Source: a virus
Taxonomy: Duplodnaviria; Caudoviricetes
Strand: one strand, 5' to 3'
Length of the DNA stretch: 53,931 nt
Virus record (IMG/VR): IMGVR_UViG_3300017780_006886
Span: 1 to 53,931 of that record
This document shows, in pieces, positions 1 to 11,600 of this stretch; within the stretch, counting starts at the first letter, position 1; every line of letters begins with the position of its first letter. The position numbers and the translations under genes were made by a program. Below the pieces are notes generated by a model that was not told the origin of the DNA, did not search any database, and saw nothing but the letters and a program-made list of their open reading frames with translations.

Positions 1-2430
1 CGAAAGTACATTCCAATCAAATTGATATCAATGGGAATCAAAGCAGGAATCAAAGGTGCAGAGTACAGTATCACAGCAGTTCCGTTTGCACATTCAGGGT
101 TCCAGGAGTCTGTAGCAGCCGTGCCAGCCAACTTTGAAGTAAAAGCAAGTACCCTTCAAGACTTCTTTAAAGATGATGCAACAGTTGATGCACGAGTCAA
201 ATCCAGTTTTAATCAAAGACAAGAAAGCCAGGCAAAGGCTGCAGAAGCTGCGGCCTCGGCGCAATCAGATGGAGCACAAACAAGAGAAAGTGATGTAGAA
301 AAATCTAAAAAAGGTATTCTTGCACCCTCAGAGGAAGATTCTGGATACACTGTGGCAAGTTTTACATCAGCATATAATTCTTGGCAAGAACTCACTGTGA
401 AAAATAACAATGCCACAGACTTTAATACCATCAGTGTTAAGTTCGACAAAGCGATCCTTGAAGCATTCAATGGCGAAGGTGGAAAAATTGTTGAAGAGAA
501 AGCACAACAAAAAACACAAGTGGCAGAAAAAAATCCCACGGTTAAAAAAGAACGAGCACAAACAGTACAGGCTGATGCAGGCAAACCAACAGGACAACCT
601 GATTTTAAAGTCAGTAAATGGAACGTCAGGGGCGGAGACAGCATTACGACCGTGATTAACAATGTAATGATAAATTCTAATTACATTCGCAAACAAGTGA
701 TCGATCCTACCAAAGGAGTGGAACAAAACGCCGAAGAACTGGGTAAAGAAGGCAAAGACCTACTTTGGTGGAAGATAATTCCGTCTGTGCAGATGCGAAA
801 GTTTTGCACACAGACCAGTCGTTGGTACATGGATATCACATACAACGTGATATCGTATAAAGTGAACAATAGAACACATCCAAATGCTCCCAAGTCAATG
901 CCCACCGGCTGGCACAAGGATTATCAGTATCTTTACACAGGACAGAACAATGACATCATTGATTTTTCAATTGAGTTTGACACAGCATTCTACACAGCCG
1001 TAAGTGTGGACCGAGGCAAGAATCAGAGCGTTACAACAACTCCTGGTAAAGAAGAAGATCGATTGAATGAACAGGCTCCCGGCAAAGGCGATGATAAAGC
1101 AGCACAAAGCGCAGTTACTCCAGCTAAGAAGGTGGCAGTGGGCGAACAAGCAAACATCACTGTCGGCGGCAATACGAAAAAAGATAGTAAAGCTGTGGCA
1201 GCAGCCAGTCTTGCGGCCCAACAGAACGGTGGCGGCGGTGCAGATCAATTGTCTGTGCGTTTGAAAATTGTAGGCGATCCACAGTTTATCAAACAAGATG
1301 ATGTATACTACACACCGGCTGCACGAGAATATGTAGACGGAGAATCAGCATATGGGCAAGGATCTGTTGGCAGCGAAGATGGCTCTATTGCCATGGACGG
1401 CGGCGAAATTCATGTTCGCTTGAGCTGGAGAACACCAACAGACATAGATGAGGAAACCGGATTCATGAGACAAGATACTCGGTATACTACATCTGCATTC
1501 AGTGGAATATACCGAGTTATATCTGTTGAGAGTATTCTTACACAAGGTAAATTTGAGCAAACACTAGAACTAATACGATTGCCAGACCAACCAAATGACT
1601 ATGGATCCAGTGGAAACAGTTCCGCAGACATACGAAAAGATGTGCCTCCTGCACTGTCTGCAAACAATAACAATGAAGGGTACAAAGCAGTTGACAGTAA
1701 CAACGCATCAAACTCAGTTGAAGCACAAAAGACAAAGGTAATGACAGACCTTATGTCACAAAATAAAACCGCAGCTGGAGACGATAATTCAAATCGTGGC
1801 AAAGTAGAAGATGCAGCCGAAGTTGAAGAAAATGTTGATCCACAAACAAATAAACTTAAAGATGTAGTGCAAAATGGAGAAACCGAAGCAATAAGCGATC
1901 AAGCACCAGACAGTCCAACTGTAGCGACCGGTACAGTAGATACAGTAGATAACACCGCAGCCGAACCAGCACCTGTATCTGCAGCACCAGCTCCATCTGA
2001 GACAAAAGATCCATTGTTGGTTACTTACGAAAAAGCCGAAGAAGACCGCAAGGCAGCAGATGCCGCCTGGACCGCAGCACGGGGCTCGGTGTTCAGCAAG
2101 GAAAAACGTTTGAACGAGTTCATAAGTTACGGCGATGTTCCAGCAGAACGATTGGCACAGCAACAACAGTTAGTTAACGAGGCCAAAGCAGAAGCAGCTA
2201 GAACCAGACAAGTATATCAAGATTCTGTGGCCAAGTCTGAAGCTGCTTTGGAAGAGTTGGGAGCAGTACCGACCCCAGCAGCATCTGCCAACATACCTAG
2301 AGATCAGGTAGTATCAAATCCAAACTATACTTCTGTATATCAAGCGGCAATAGCAAATAATACTCCTCCATTGTTGGCTGCAAAACAAGCATCCGAAGCA
2401 GCAAAATCAGCAATCATACTAGGCAACTAA
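1..2430 (+). CDS. Baseplate hub/tail-associated protein (gp27/VgrG-N-like), 5'-truncated
   Basis: Frame is open from base 1 (RKYIPIKLISMG...), so the true start lies outside the window. The motifs LKIVGDPQF and FSGIYRVISVESILTQGKFEQTLELIR resemble the C-terminus of phage hub proteins. It lies directly upstream of the gp5-like gene and has a low-complexity Ala/Pro/Glu-rich tail. Confidence 0.6.
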   Translation, partial: RKYIPIKLISMGIKAGIKGAEYSITAVPFAHSGFQESVAAVPANFEVKASTLQDFFKDDATVDARVKSSFNQRQESQAKAAEAAASAQSDGAQTRESDVEKSKKGILAPSEEDSGYTVASFTSAYNSWQELTVKNNNATDFNTISVKFDKAILEAFNGEGGKIVEEKAQQKTQVAEKNPTVKKERAQTVQADAGKPTGQPDFKVSKWNVRGGDSITTVINNVMINSNYIRKQVIDPTKGVEQNAEELGKEGKDLLWWKIIPSVQMRKFCTQTSRWYMDITYNVISYKVNNRTHPNAPKSMPTGWHKDYQYLYTGQNNDIIDFSIEFDTAFYTAVSVDRGKNQSVTTTPGKEEDRLNEQAPGKGDDKAAQSAVTPAKKVAVGEQANITVGGNTKKDSKAVAAASLAAQQNGGGGADQLSVRLKIVGDPQFIKQDDVYYTPAAREYVDGESAYGQGSVGSEDGSIAMDGGEIHVRLSWRTPTDIDEETGFMRQDTRYTTSAFSGIYRVISVESILTQGKFEQTLELIRLPDQPNDYGSSGNSSADIRKDVPPALSANNNNEGYKAVDSNNASNSVEAQKTKVMTDLMSQNKTAAGDDNSNRGKVEDAAEVEENVDPQTNKLKDVVQNGETEAISDQAPDSPTVATGTVDTVDNTAAEPAPVSAAPAPSETKDPLLVTYEKAEEDRKAADAAWTAARGSVFSKEKRLNEFISYGDVPAERLAQQQQLVNEAKAEAARTRQVYQDSVAKSEAALEELGAVPTPAASANIPRDQVVSNPNYTSVYQAAIANNTPPLLAAKQASEAAKSAIILGN

Positions 2431-2443
2431 TTCAAGGACCACC

Positions 2444-3895
2444 ATGGCACAAGATAGAATATACAGTAGCAAGATTCCAAAGTCAGCAGACCCCAGTGCT
2501 GCTGCAAATGCCAACATCGATCCGGGTCCGTATGAAGCCCTGATCAAGAACGTGGTAGACACCACTCGTGCAGGCCGCCTGCAAGTTTGGATTCCAGAAC
2601 TAGGCGCAGGAGATCAAGACGACCCTGCAAACTGGTATACTGTGAGCTATGCAAGTCCTTTTGCAGGCATGACCTACCAGCCCGATAATCTTAAAGGCGT
2701 TAAACTTAATAATTTTACATATGTACAACACACCTATGGATTTTTTGCAGTACCTCCTGATATTGGAAACGTAGTGCTTGTGACTTTTATCTCAGGTGAT
2801 CCTGGTCGCGGCTATTGGTTTGCATGTACCATGAACAAACTTGGGTTTGGCATGATTCCTGCAATTGGTGGTGGCACAAAAGATAAAATGGATGTTGAGA
2901 GTCTGGCAGCTGATCTTGAAAAATCATTAACACCTGAATCCGTATGGCCATTGAGTGAGTTCAATGAAAATGATGGAGAAAATGTAACCGGAGATTTTAT
3001 GACGGTTAAGAAACCTCCGCATGAATGGCAGGCCAGACGATATATCAAACAAGGTGTGGATCGTGATCCAGCCCGTGGCGCGGTCACCAGCTCTGCACAG
3101 CGTAATCTACCAAGTGCAGTGTTTGGGTGGAGTAGTCCGGGCCGTAAACTGTTGAATGATACAGCTGAGAATGAAACATTACAGGGAAAAATAGATTCCG
3201 GGGACATTGTAGAAGGAGATCTATTTAATCTAGGGCGCCGAGGCGGCCACCACATGGTCATGGACGACGGCGACTTCTACGGCAAAAGCCAGCTTATGAG
3301 ATTCCGCACAGCAACAGGTCATCAGATACTCATGGATGATACCAACAGCAACATGCATATCATCAACAATGAAGGCACCTGCTGGATAGAGTTGGCTGGC
3401 AATGGACAGATGCATATTTTTACAGCCAAAGGATTTAACGTTCGCAGCCAAGGCGACATAAACTTTCATACTGATACCAACATGAATATACATGTTGGAA
3501 AAAAACTGCAGATATATGCAGGAGAACAGATTGATATCAATACCAAGGTGTTTAATCAACTGAGCACAGATCTAACCAAGATCTATGCATCTACTGTGCA
3601 AATTGGTGCCTCTAGTACTATGAATTTGTCAGCTGCTGGTGTTGGCAGTTTCAAGGCAGGAGAACTGTTGCAGTTCAGCGGAGGAAAGATACATCTTAAT
3701 ACCAGTCCTGCTCCCACAGTGGCTAAACCAACTCGGATTCCACAACTGTTGCATAACGATACCTCACTTAATTCAGCTACAGGACTTTGGGAAATACAAA
3801 CAAATAAATTATCCAGCATTGTTGCAGTTGCACCCACTCACGAGCCATGGAAACGCGAAGGTGGTACCAGCGAATCTTCTGCTGTTGGAGGATAA
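2444..3895 (+). CDS. Baseplate central spike, T4 gp5/VgrG-like (OB-fold plus beta-helix)
   Basis: N-terminal OB-fold motifs DTTRAGRLQVWIPEL and VPPDIGNVVLVTF; GHQILMDD and beta-helix-like repeats; ends in APTHEPW. RBS AAGGA upstream. Confidence 0.8.
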   Translation: MAQDRIYSSKIPKSADPSAAANANIDPGPYEALIKNVVDTTRAGRLQVWIPELGAGDQDDPANWYTVSYASPFAGMTYQPDNLKGVKLNNFTYVQHTYGFFAVPPDIGNVVLVTFISGDPGRGYWFACTMNKLGFGMIPAIGGGTKDKMDVESLAADLEKSLTPESVWPLSEFNENDGENVTGDFMTVKKPPHEWQARRYIKQGVDRDPARGAVTSSAQRNLPSAVFGWSSPGRKLLNDTAENETLQGKIDSGDIVEGDLFNLGRRGGHHMVMDDGDFYGKSQLMRFRTATGHQILMDDTNSNMHIINNEGTCWIELAGNGQMHIFTAKGFNVRSQGDINFHTDTNMNIHVGKKLQIYAGEQIDINTKVFNQLSTDLTKIYASTVQIGASSTMNLSAAGVGSFKAGELLQFSGGKIHLNTSPAPTVAKPTRIPQLLHNDTSLNSATGLWEIQTNKLSSIVAVAPTHEPWKREGGTSESSAVGG

Positions 3896-3896
3896 A

Positions 3897-4670
3897 ATGG
3901 CAAACGTAAATCAAACGCCCGAAACTATTCAATTGCTTGAAGAAGAAGAGTGTGTGCCCAGCAATGTGGTACGCAACAGTGCTGGATACCCGGTGTTAAC
4001 TGCTGATGGTAGCTATAGAACGTCAGGAGAAGAGCAACTAGATCCAGGTCCACAAAGTGCAAGGTCGCAAGGACTCTATATTGGAAAAGATATACCAAAA
4101 AGTCTGTTGGTCAGTGAAAGCAACCCAGCTCCACCTGGTGGAGTAGGAAGACTAAACCAGCTGCGCACAAAAGCAGTTATGACTGTGATTGGCAAGGCAG
4201 TGAGCGGATTTAGTTATACCTTTGTTAGTGGAGCTCAGCAAGCTGGAAAATATCAACTTGATGCTGATATTCTAACATCACTAGGCTATGTGAAATCAGA
4301 CTATTATGCTCTATACGGTCGCTCCACTATCACAAAAGACGGAGCATGGTCGGGACTAGATGGAGTTGATAATTTGCAAACCTGGAGTAGTAGCACAGGA
4401 ATCCAGGAAAAAGCCATGTACAGATTATTAACCAAGCACTACGAAACTATGAACAATAATGGTGCTATAAAATCCATGGACAATCTATGCACTATTGCAG
4501 GCATGCTTTGTGTGGCACACATACTAGGTACAGGGGTTGGGACAGAAAAAAATCCAGGTGCAAAACGCTGGCGCGAAACTGGTGGTGGCCAGAACATAAA
4601 CGGGTTCACAGGGACATATTTTTTTGCACTTGGTCGATACGCAATTGACGTCTTGGCCTCTAAATCATAA
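3897..4670 (+). CDS. Lysozyme-like-fold baseplate protein (257 aa; start corrected from 3639 to ATG 3897)
   Basis: ATG lies 1 nt after the gp5 stop and is preceded by GGAGG. Motifs AGKYQL, QEKAM and AGMLCVAHILG resemble lysozyme-superfamily domains. Sits between gp5 and gp25. Confidence 0.55.
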   Translation: MANVNQTPETIQLLEEEECVPSNVVRNSAGYPVLTADGSYRTSGEEQLDPGPQSARSQGLYIGKDIPKSLLVSESNPAPPGGVGRLNQLRTKAVMTVIGKAVSGFSYTFVSGAQQAGKYQLDADILTSLGYVKSDYYALYGRSTITKDGAWSGLDGVDNLQTWSSSTGIQEKAMYRLLTKHYETMNNNGAIKSMDNLCTIAGMLCVAHILGTGVGTEKNPGAKRWRETGGGQNINGFTGTYFFALGRYAIDVLASKS

Positions 4671-4672
4671 CG

Positions 4673-4680
4673 AATAAATA
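4673..4680 (+). promoter_or_regulatory. Late-promoter-like AATAAATA upstream of gp25 (similar motifs at 5104, 8656, 28572, 31947)
   Basis: TAAATA recurs in short intergenic gaps just upstream of structural gene starts. Confidence 0.6.
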
Positions 4681-4687
4681 ACTAACT

Positions 4688-5083
4688 ATGGCAATGTACA
4701 ACGGTTTTAGCACATACAACAGGTTGAAAAAATTTAAAGTGACAGACTTTGAATTGGTTCAACAGGATATATTCAATCACTTTAACATACGTAAAGGTGA
4801 AAAGTTGATGAACCCAGAGTTTGGCACTATTATCTGGGGTATGTTATTTGAACCGTTTACTGATTCTGTGCGCAAGGCCATTACTAACGATGTAAAACGT
4901 ATAGTTACATATGACCCACGAATTGCAGTAGACACTATACAGCTAGATGAATTTCAATCTGGTATTCAAATTACCATTACTTTAACGTACTTGGTTGAAA
5001 ATAAAACTACCACACTTTCCTTTAATTTTGATCGAGATAGCCGCACACTATCGCAAGGCGTGTACGGCGCCAGCAACAATTAA
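4688..5083 (+). CDS. gp25: Baseplate wedge/sheath initiator, gp25-like
   Basis: NHFNIRKGEKLMNPEFGTIIWGMLFEP and YDPRI are gp25-family motifs; size is 131 aa. Confidence 0.9.
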   Translation: MAMYNGFSTYNRLKKFKVTDFELVQQDIFNHFNIRKGEKLMNPEFGTIIWGMLFEPFTDSVRKAITNDVKRIVTYDPRIAVDTIQLDEFQSGIQITITLTYLVENKTTTLSFNFDRDSRTLSQGVYGASNN

Positions 5084-5132
5084 AACACCATATTTTGCCA
5101 GTGAATAAATACATTGAAATGGATAAATTCAC

Positions 5133-8100
5133 ATGGCTGCTACCACAAGACAAACAAATTTACTAATACAGCAAGACTGGAAAAAAGTCTATCAGAGCTT
5201 TCAAAACGCTGATTTTCAAAGCTACGACTTTGAAACTCTGCGCAAAAGCATGATTGACTATCTGCGCACCTACTATCCAGAAGATTTTAACGATTTTTTA
5301 GAGAGCAGTGAGTATGTAGCACTCATTGATTTAATTGCGTTCCTAGGGCAAAGCCTAGCATTTCGCACTGATTTGAATGCTCGTGAAAATTTCCTAGACA
5401 CCGCAGAACGTCGGGACAGTGTGTTGAAACTTGCGCGACTGATCAGCTATAACCCTAAAAGAAATATTGGTGCAAGCGGGCTATTAAAATTTGACAGCAT
5501 AAGCTCAAGCGAAAATATATTTGATAGCAATGGTCTGAATCTCAGCAATATTTCTATATTTTGGAATGACTCAGGAAACGACAACTGGCAAGAGCAGTTT
5601 GCAATTATTTTAAATAGCGCAATGATTGATAGTCAAGTTGTTGGTAAGCCAGGCAATACAAAAACCATTGCAGGTGCTAGGACCGAAGAGTACAGCGCAA
5701 ATCTATTACCTAACATTATTCCAGCCTTTAAGTTCCAGCAGAACATCGAAGGTACTGCAATGAATTTTGAAATCGTTTCTGCTACCAGCGTCAACCAAGA
5801 GTATCTATACGAAAAAGATCCTAACCCTAGTAAAATATTTAATTTCCTGTATCGTAATGATAACCTAGGAAACAACAGCAACAACACCGGGTGGTTTGTG
5901 TATTTTAAACAAGGTGATATAAACACAATTGACTTCACTGTGTCTGATAGTCTTCCTAACAGGATAGTATCTATTAATGTTGACAATATCAATAACACAG
6001 ACCTTTGGCTGTTCAAACTAGACAGCGCAGGCACTCCCAGTGACAAATGGTCAGAAGTTCCTAACGTGGCAGGGTTTAACGTTATCTATAACACTGCGGT
6101 TGAAAGAAATATTTTTCAGGTGAACACCAGAGCAAATGATCAAATTGATCTAGTGTTTGGTGATGGTGCATTTGCAAACATACCAATTGGTACATTTAGA
6201 TTGTTCTATAGGACCAGCAATGGATTTAACTATAAAATTAATCCTGAAGAAATGCAAAATGTAACAGTTCCAATTACCTACGTAAGTCGTAATGGTCGTG
6301 CTGAAACCCTGACTATCAAAGCAAGCCTACGCTATACTGTAAACAATGCCAACACTAGGGAAACCCTAGAAGAGATCAAAACCAAAGCACCGCAACAGTA
6401 CTATACACAGAACCGTATGGTAACTGGAGAAGATTATAATATTCTACCATTTACTAAGTTTAGCAGTATACTAAAAATCAAAGCCACTAATCGTAACAGC
6501 AGTGGCGTAAGTAGATATCTTGATACCATTGATGTAACTGGAAAATACTCTAGTACTAATATCTTTGGCGAAGACGGAGTTTTGTACAAACAAGAAACAA
6601 TCGAAGCGCAAGACTATATTCCGCCAACCTCTGGTGACATTGTGGGTAGTCTGTCTGAAGTGATCAATAATTCTTTATTGATAGATAATTTTGTACCGTT
6701 CAGTCAACTGATATACGATAAGTTACCTCGATACACCACAAGAGATATCACAGTCAATGGAACAATTTTTGATGCAGCCTGGACCCAGCTCACAACAGGG
6801 ACCAATCAGTCTACAGGATTTTTTGCAACCAGTGTGAACTACAATGCGGCAACATTAACCGGAACATTTGCAACACCACTAAAAACTGGAACTGCATCAT
6901 CAAATGCAATGCGATTTATACAAAAAGGTACAATTATAAAATTTAAGGCATCAGCTGAGATTTTAACAACTCCTAAATATTTTGATAAATCAAACGATAT
7001 CCAGTCCGGTGCTCCTAACAAAACTGGTGACCGTACCTATATCTATGCCACTGTTGTAAAAGTAAACGGTGATGGTACAAATGGCGGCATCATAAAAAAC
7101 AATGTCGAAGGTCCTATTACCCTTAGCACTTTTATTCCCGACGGGGCATGTATTGAAGAAATTATTCCTAAGTTTTATAACACTGTTCCAATTGATGTTC
7201 TTAGAACAACTGCAACATTAGTGAATGGAAGAAAAAACTTTGGTCTTAGGTTTGATCAATTAAATCAAACCTGGGCAGTAATTCAGCCGCAAAATTTAAA
7301 ACTAACACAAATATTGAGTACATTGCTTGGTAATGGCATAGTGAATTCTGAATACAATGAAGCTACTTCGGGTAATACTACTGCAAGTAGTTTAGACAGT
7401 AGTTGGATAATTACATTTGTTAGTGGTGCATTTGGATACAAGATCTACTATCGCCAAACAAATTACATATTTGAAAGCAAAAGAGAAACAAAGTTTTACT
7501 TTGATCCTAAGGCCAGGGTCTACGATCCAAAATCTGCACAGGTAATAAGCGATCAAATTAAAATCCTAAGATCAAACTCTGCCGCGGACAGCACTGGTCC
7601 AATATACGATGATAAAATTTATTTCATCTATAGGATGATAATAGATGCAGATGGGTACGAAAATACCAGTAAGATATTATTGCAATTTCCAGACAGTAAC
7701 CGAGATGGGGTTCCCGACAACCCTGATCTATTTGATGAAATTGTAGCACCGGCTGTGAATATTCAAAATAAAAAAATATTTTTTGAGAAGAGTTATAACA
7801 GCAATAATTATATTCAGTACAGCGTTGTCAATGATGGCATAGTTGAAACAGCATTTGCTTCACAAACAGATATTGTTGCGGTTTATAATCAGTACGACAA
7901 TGGACAAGTTTTTTATGCATACGGCGAAAACTTATTTTATAGTCTGGTTGTTGCAACAGTGCAAGGTATACCGACTAGAACATTAACTTCGTCGGCAAAC
8001 GGTGAATTTTATCGGTTGTTACCGGGTCGACAAGATTTGTACTTCCAATATAGACATACCAGTCCGGCCAACCGTCGAATCGATCCTAGCCCAAATAATA

Positions 8101-8645
8101 TCATTGATCTGTTTATCTTGACCAAACAGTATGCAGCTGATTATCAGGCCTGGATACAAGATACATCAGGAAAGACCGTGCAGCCTGCAATTCCCACAAC
8201 CGAAGATCTGCAATTAGAGTATGGTGAGCTTGAAAATTACAAAGCCATCAGCGATAGCCTGATACATTCAAGTGCAAGGTTTAAACCATTGTTTGGTGCA
8301 AAAGCAGATCCAGTGCTTCGTGCTACATTTAAAGTGGTAAAAAATCCTAACGTTGTGATCAGTGACAACGACGTAAAAATAGCAGTTATTTCTGCTGTCA
8401 ACAAATACTTTGACATTGCCAATTGGGACTTTGGTGAAACATTCTTTTTCAGCGAGTTAAGCGCATATCTGCATAGCTCACTGACTCCAAAAATTTCCAG
8501 CATCATCATTGTTCCGACCAGTACTGGTCTGTCATTTGGTAACCTATATCAAATCAATGTTGAACCAGACGAAATAGTTGCCAGTGCCGCTACCGTGGAT
8601 AATGTAGAAATAATTTCTGCTATTACGTCTGTACAACTCCTGTGA
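5133..8645 (+). CDS. gp6: Baseplate wedge protein, gp6-like
   Basis: DFETLRKSMIDYL, ENFLDTAERRDSVLKLARLISYNP, FGDG and QNRMVTGEDY are gp6/baseplate-J motifs; follows gp25. Confidence 0.85.
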   Translation: MAATTRQTNLLIQQDWKKVYQSFQNADFQSYDFETLRKSMIDYLRTYYPEDFNDFLESSEYVALIDLIAFLGQSLAFRTDLNARENFLDTAERRDSVLKLARLISYNPKRNIGASGLLKFDSISSSENIFDSNGLNLSNISIFWNDSGNDNWQEQFAIILNSAMIDSQVVGKPGNTKTIAGARTEEYSANLLPNIIPAFKFQQNIEGTAMNFEIVSATSVNQEYLYEKDPNPSKIFNFLYRNDNLGNNSNNTGWFVYFKQGDINTIDFTVSDSLPNRIVSINVDNINNTDLWLFKLDSAGTPSDKWSEVPNVAGFNVIYNTAVERNIFQVNTRANDQIDLVFGDGAFANIPIGTFRLFYRTSNGFNYKINPEEMQNVTVPITYVSRNGRAETLTIKASLRYTVNNANTRETLEEIKTKAPQQYYTQNRMVTGEDYNILPFTKFSSILKIKATNRNSSGVSRYLDTIDVTGKYSSTNIFGEDGVLYKQETIEAQDYIPPTSGDIVGSLSEVINNSLLIDNFVPFSQLIYDKLPRYTTRDITVNGTIFDAAWTQLTTGTNQSTGFFATSVNYNAATLTGTFATPLKTGTASSNAMRFIQKGTIIKFKASAEILTTPKYFDKSNDIQSGAPNKTGDRTYIYATVVKVNGDGTNGGIIKNNVEGPITLSTFIPDGACIEEIIPKFYNTVPIDVLRTTATLVNGRKNFGLRFDQLNQTWAVIQPQNLKLTQILSTLLGNGIVNSEYNEATSGNTTASSLDSSWIITFVSGAFGYKIYYRQTNYIFESKRETKFYFDPKARVYDPKSAQVISDQIKILRSNSAADSTGPIYDDKIYFIYRMIIDADGYENTSKILLQFPDSNRDGVPDNPDLFDEIVAPAVNIQNKKIFFEKSYNSNNYIQYSVVNDGIVETAFASQTDIVAVYNQYDNGQVFYAYGENLFYSLVVATVQGIPTRTLTSSANGEFYRLLPGRQDLYFQYRHTSPANRRIDPSPNNIIDLFILTKQYAADYQAWIQDTSGKTVQPAIPTTEDLQLEYGELENYKAISDSLIHSSARFKPLFGAKADPVLRATFKVVKNPNVVISDNDVKIAVISAVNKYFDIANWDFGETFFFSELSAYLHSSLTPKISSIIIVPTSTGLSFGNLYQINVEPDEIVASAATVDNVEIISAITSVQLL

Positions 8646-8691
8646 TTTTTAAGACCTTAAATACTAGATAGACATTGAGAGAATAACATAT

Positions 8692-11600
8692 ATGGCTGCA
8701 ATAAAAAGTATCAATTTCCTGCCAGAAATTTTCAAATCTGACGCAAACAGAAAATTTCTTGCTGCAACAGTCGATCAGCTGATCTCTGAACCAGATTTCA
8801 AACGAATCGACGGATACATTGGAAGAAAATTTGCTCCTAATTATCGTGCAGGCGACAAGTACGTTGAAGAACCTTCTGCCGACAGACAAAACTATCAACT
8901 TGAGCCAAGTTTAATAGTACAAGATACTGATGCAACAAAATCAGTGTTATTCTATTCCAACTATGTTGACCTACTGCAAAAAATCAAATACTACGGAGGA
9001 TTGACAAATGATCATAGCCGCCTATTTCAAGGGGAAAGCTATAATTTCAATGGTATGTTTGATTTTGATAAGTTTGTTAACTTTAATCAATACTACTGGT
9101 TGCCCGACGGCCCACCTGAAGTTGCAGTTAGTGCAAATAGCAATATCAGTGTTTTAGATTTTATTGTGGTCAGAGATAGCACCCGTCAAGCATATACCAT
9201 AACAGGATATGGCGGTGATGTAAATCCTATTGTTACCCTGGTTAAAGGAACAACATATACATTTAGACTCAATCAGCTTGGATATCCGTTCTGGATACAA
9301 ACAGCACCGGGCGCCACTGGCTCTCGTTCGTCTGCGGCAGAAGTTCAAATAAGGTCAGTGTTTGGCGTAGCTAATAACGGCGATGACTTTGGTACAATAA
9401 CTTTTAATGTTCCGGCATCAACTGCACAGGATACTGCTCGTCTTGCAGAGCGTGTGGCAGAAGTTGATTACGCTACTACACTAACCTATGCTCAGGTGCA
9501 AAATCATTTGCTATCAATTATAAAAAAATCAGGTGGTATTGATGGATCTTCGTCGGTTGCTCTTAACGGTCGGACAGTGATTTTTTTAACACCAACAGTT
9601 GAACACGACGACTGGACAGACAAAGGCGTATTTGATTTTGATCTATTTGACCAAGATCCAGAATACCTGTATCCGTTTGAAGCAGGAAGTCTATTAGACC
9701 CTGCACTTCGATACGGAATTTTTAGAATCAGGATACTTAACGATTCATTGATTAGATTTGAGTCATTGCAAGAAGTTGATATAGGCAAAAAAGTTTATAT
9801 CAAAGGTGGCAATAAAAATGCTGGAGTTGAATATCTAAAAAACTCTGAAGGATTTTGGGAACTAATCAGGCCAATCACTGCTCCGTTGACTGAGCTGTAC
9901 TATCAAGATGGTGTAAGCAATGAATTTGCTGGATCATTTAAGTTAGTTGAACCAGGTGCAGCACAAATTGATGTGACCATTGAAATCATTGGCAAGAAAA
10001 ACTATACCAGTCTCAATGGAGTTAAGTTTACCAATGGGTTAAAAATTAGATTTGATAACACAGTAACTCCAGTTGCATATACCAACAATGTGTACATTGT
10101 TGAAGGAGTTGGTAAAAGCATACGCCTGGTTAGCATTGGCAATCTTGTGGTACCTGAAGAGTATGCATTAGCAGATCAACTATCTACCCCAGACTACTTA
10201 ACTGTAAGTCGTGGAAGCCAAGACTTGAATGCCTGGAGCCGCAGTAATCGTTGGTTCCACAGCGAACTAATTAATTTAGCGGCTGGGTATAATAACGATC
10301 CAACTATTTTAGAAACAGTTGCAACACGTGGCTCAAGACCAATTATTGAATTTGAACCTGACTTATATTTGTATAACTATGGGCAACGTGCTAAAGCACC
10401 AGTTGACATCTTGGACTACACAGTAACCGATGCATTCAATCAAGTAGAGGGACAAGAAAGTTATGTTATACAGCTGCCTAATAATATTACTCGTCCACTG
10501 ACCGCTGGAACAAGGATAATCTTTGCTGGCGATACTGACACTAATGTTAAAAATAAAATTTACAAAGTAGAGTTTATTACTATTGCAGAAAGAACACAAA
10601 TTCACTTAGTATCTCAAAATACTGAATTACTTCCAACCTATTATGTGTCTGATGTGCAGTTGGTGGAAAATGTTCAGGTTGTATTCGCAGGCGGCAACCC
10701 TGATATTCCAGCAACAGCTAATGTAACGGTAGACAGCGTCACTGGTACAATCACAGATATAACATTTGAAAATTTTGGTAGCGGATACAGAGGAACACCA
10801 ACTGCTACTTTTGTTGGCGGCGGCAACGGTAGTGGAGCTCAAATTGATCTTACAGTAAATAGCGGAACAATCAGTGCATTTACATTAGTAAATGGAGGCA
10901 CTGGATATTCTACATCACCTGCTTATAATTTTGTTCCACAGATAACTTTTGCGAGCCCTGTTCCAAGCATCGGTGCAACACAAGCTGTTGGTACTGCAAT
11001 AATGTCACCAACTACGGTAGCCAATGTTGTGGTAGATTATAGCGGGATTAACTATATAGCAGACCCGTCGGTCAATATTGAAACAAGTAATACTGAAGAA
11101 GCACAAGTTGATGCAATATTTTCAAAATACAAATATGTTGATTACATTCGTGTTGTTGATGGTGGAACTGCGGTAGGAACTTCTCCTACACTAATCATCT
11201 CTAGTCCGAACAGTCTAGAGGCCACTACTACCTATGCAAACACAGCAACATTCACCAGTAACGTAGTTGATCTTGTTAATAACTCAGGATTAAGCAACGG
11301 ACTATTGGTATATGCTGCCGGAGTCACTGGTGGAACAACAATTGGCACTGTTGCCGGCAACAATAAAATTGTACTATCTAATAGAGCCAATATCACCAAT
11401 GGTGGAAAATATGTTTTTAAATCAGCTGGTGCTGCTGGAGTAACACTAACAGAAACTTATGCAAATACCATTGTATTCACTGACAGCAACGTTAGGGTGC
11501 AAGGCACAGTTGGAATAAGCGTCGGATGGAATGTTTATGGTGAAGGTATTCCACGTGGAACCACAGTTGCTGGTATTAATACTGATGGAGTAACTCTTCA

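Noticed and set aside
3639-3896. N-terminal extension of the 343-aa ORF
   Set aside because: It overlaps the gp5-like gene out of frame; a better ATG with RBS lies at 3897.
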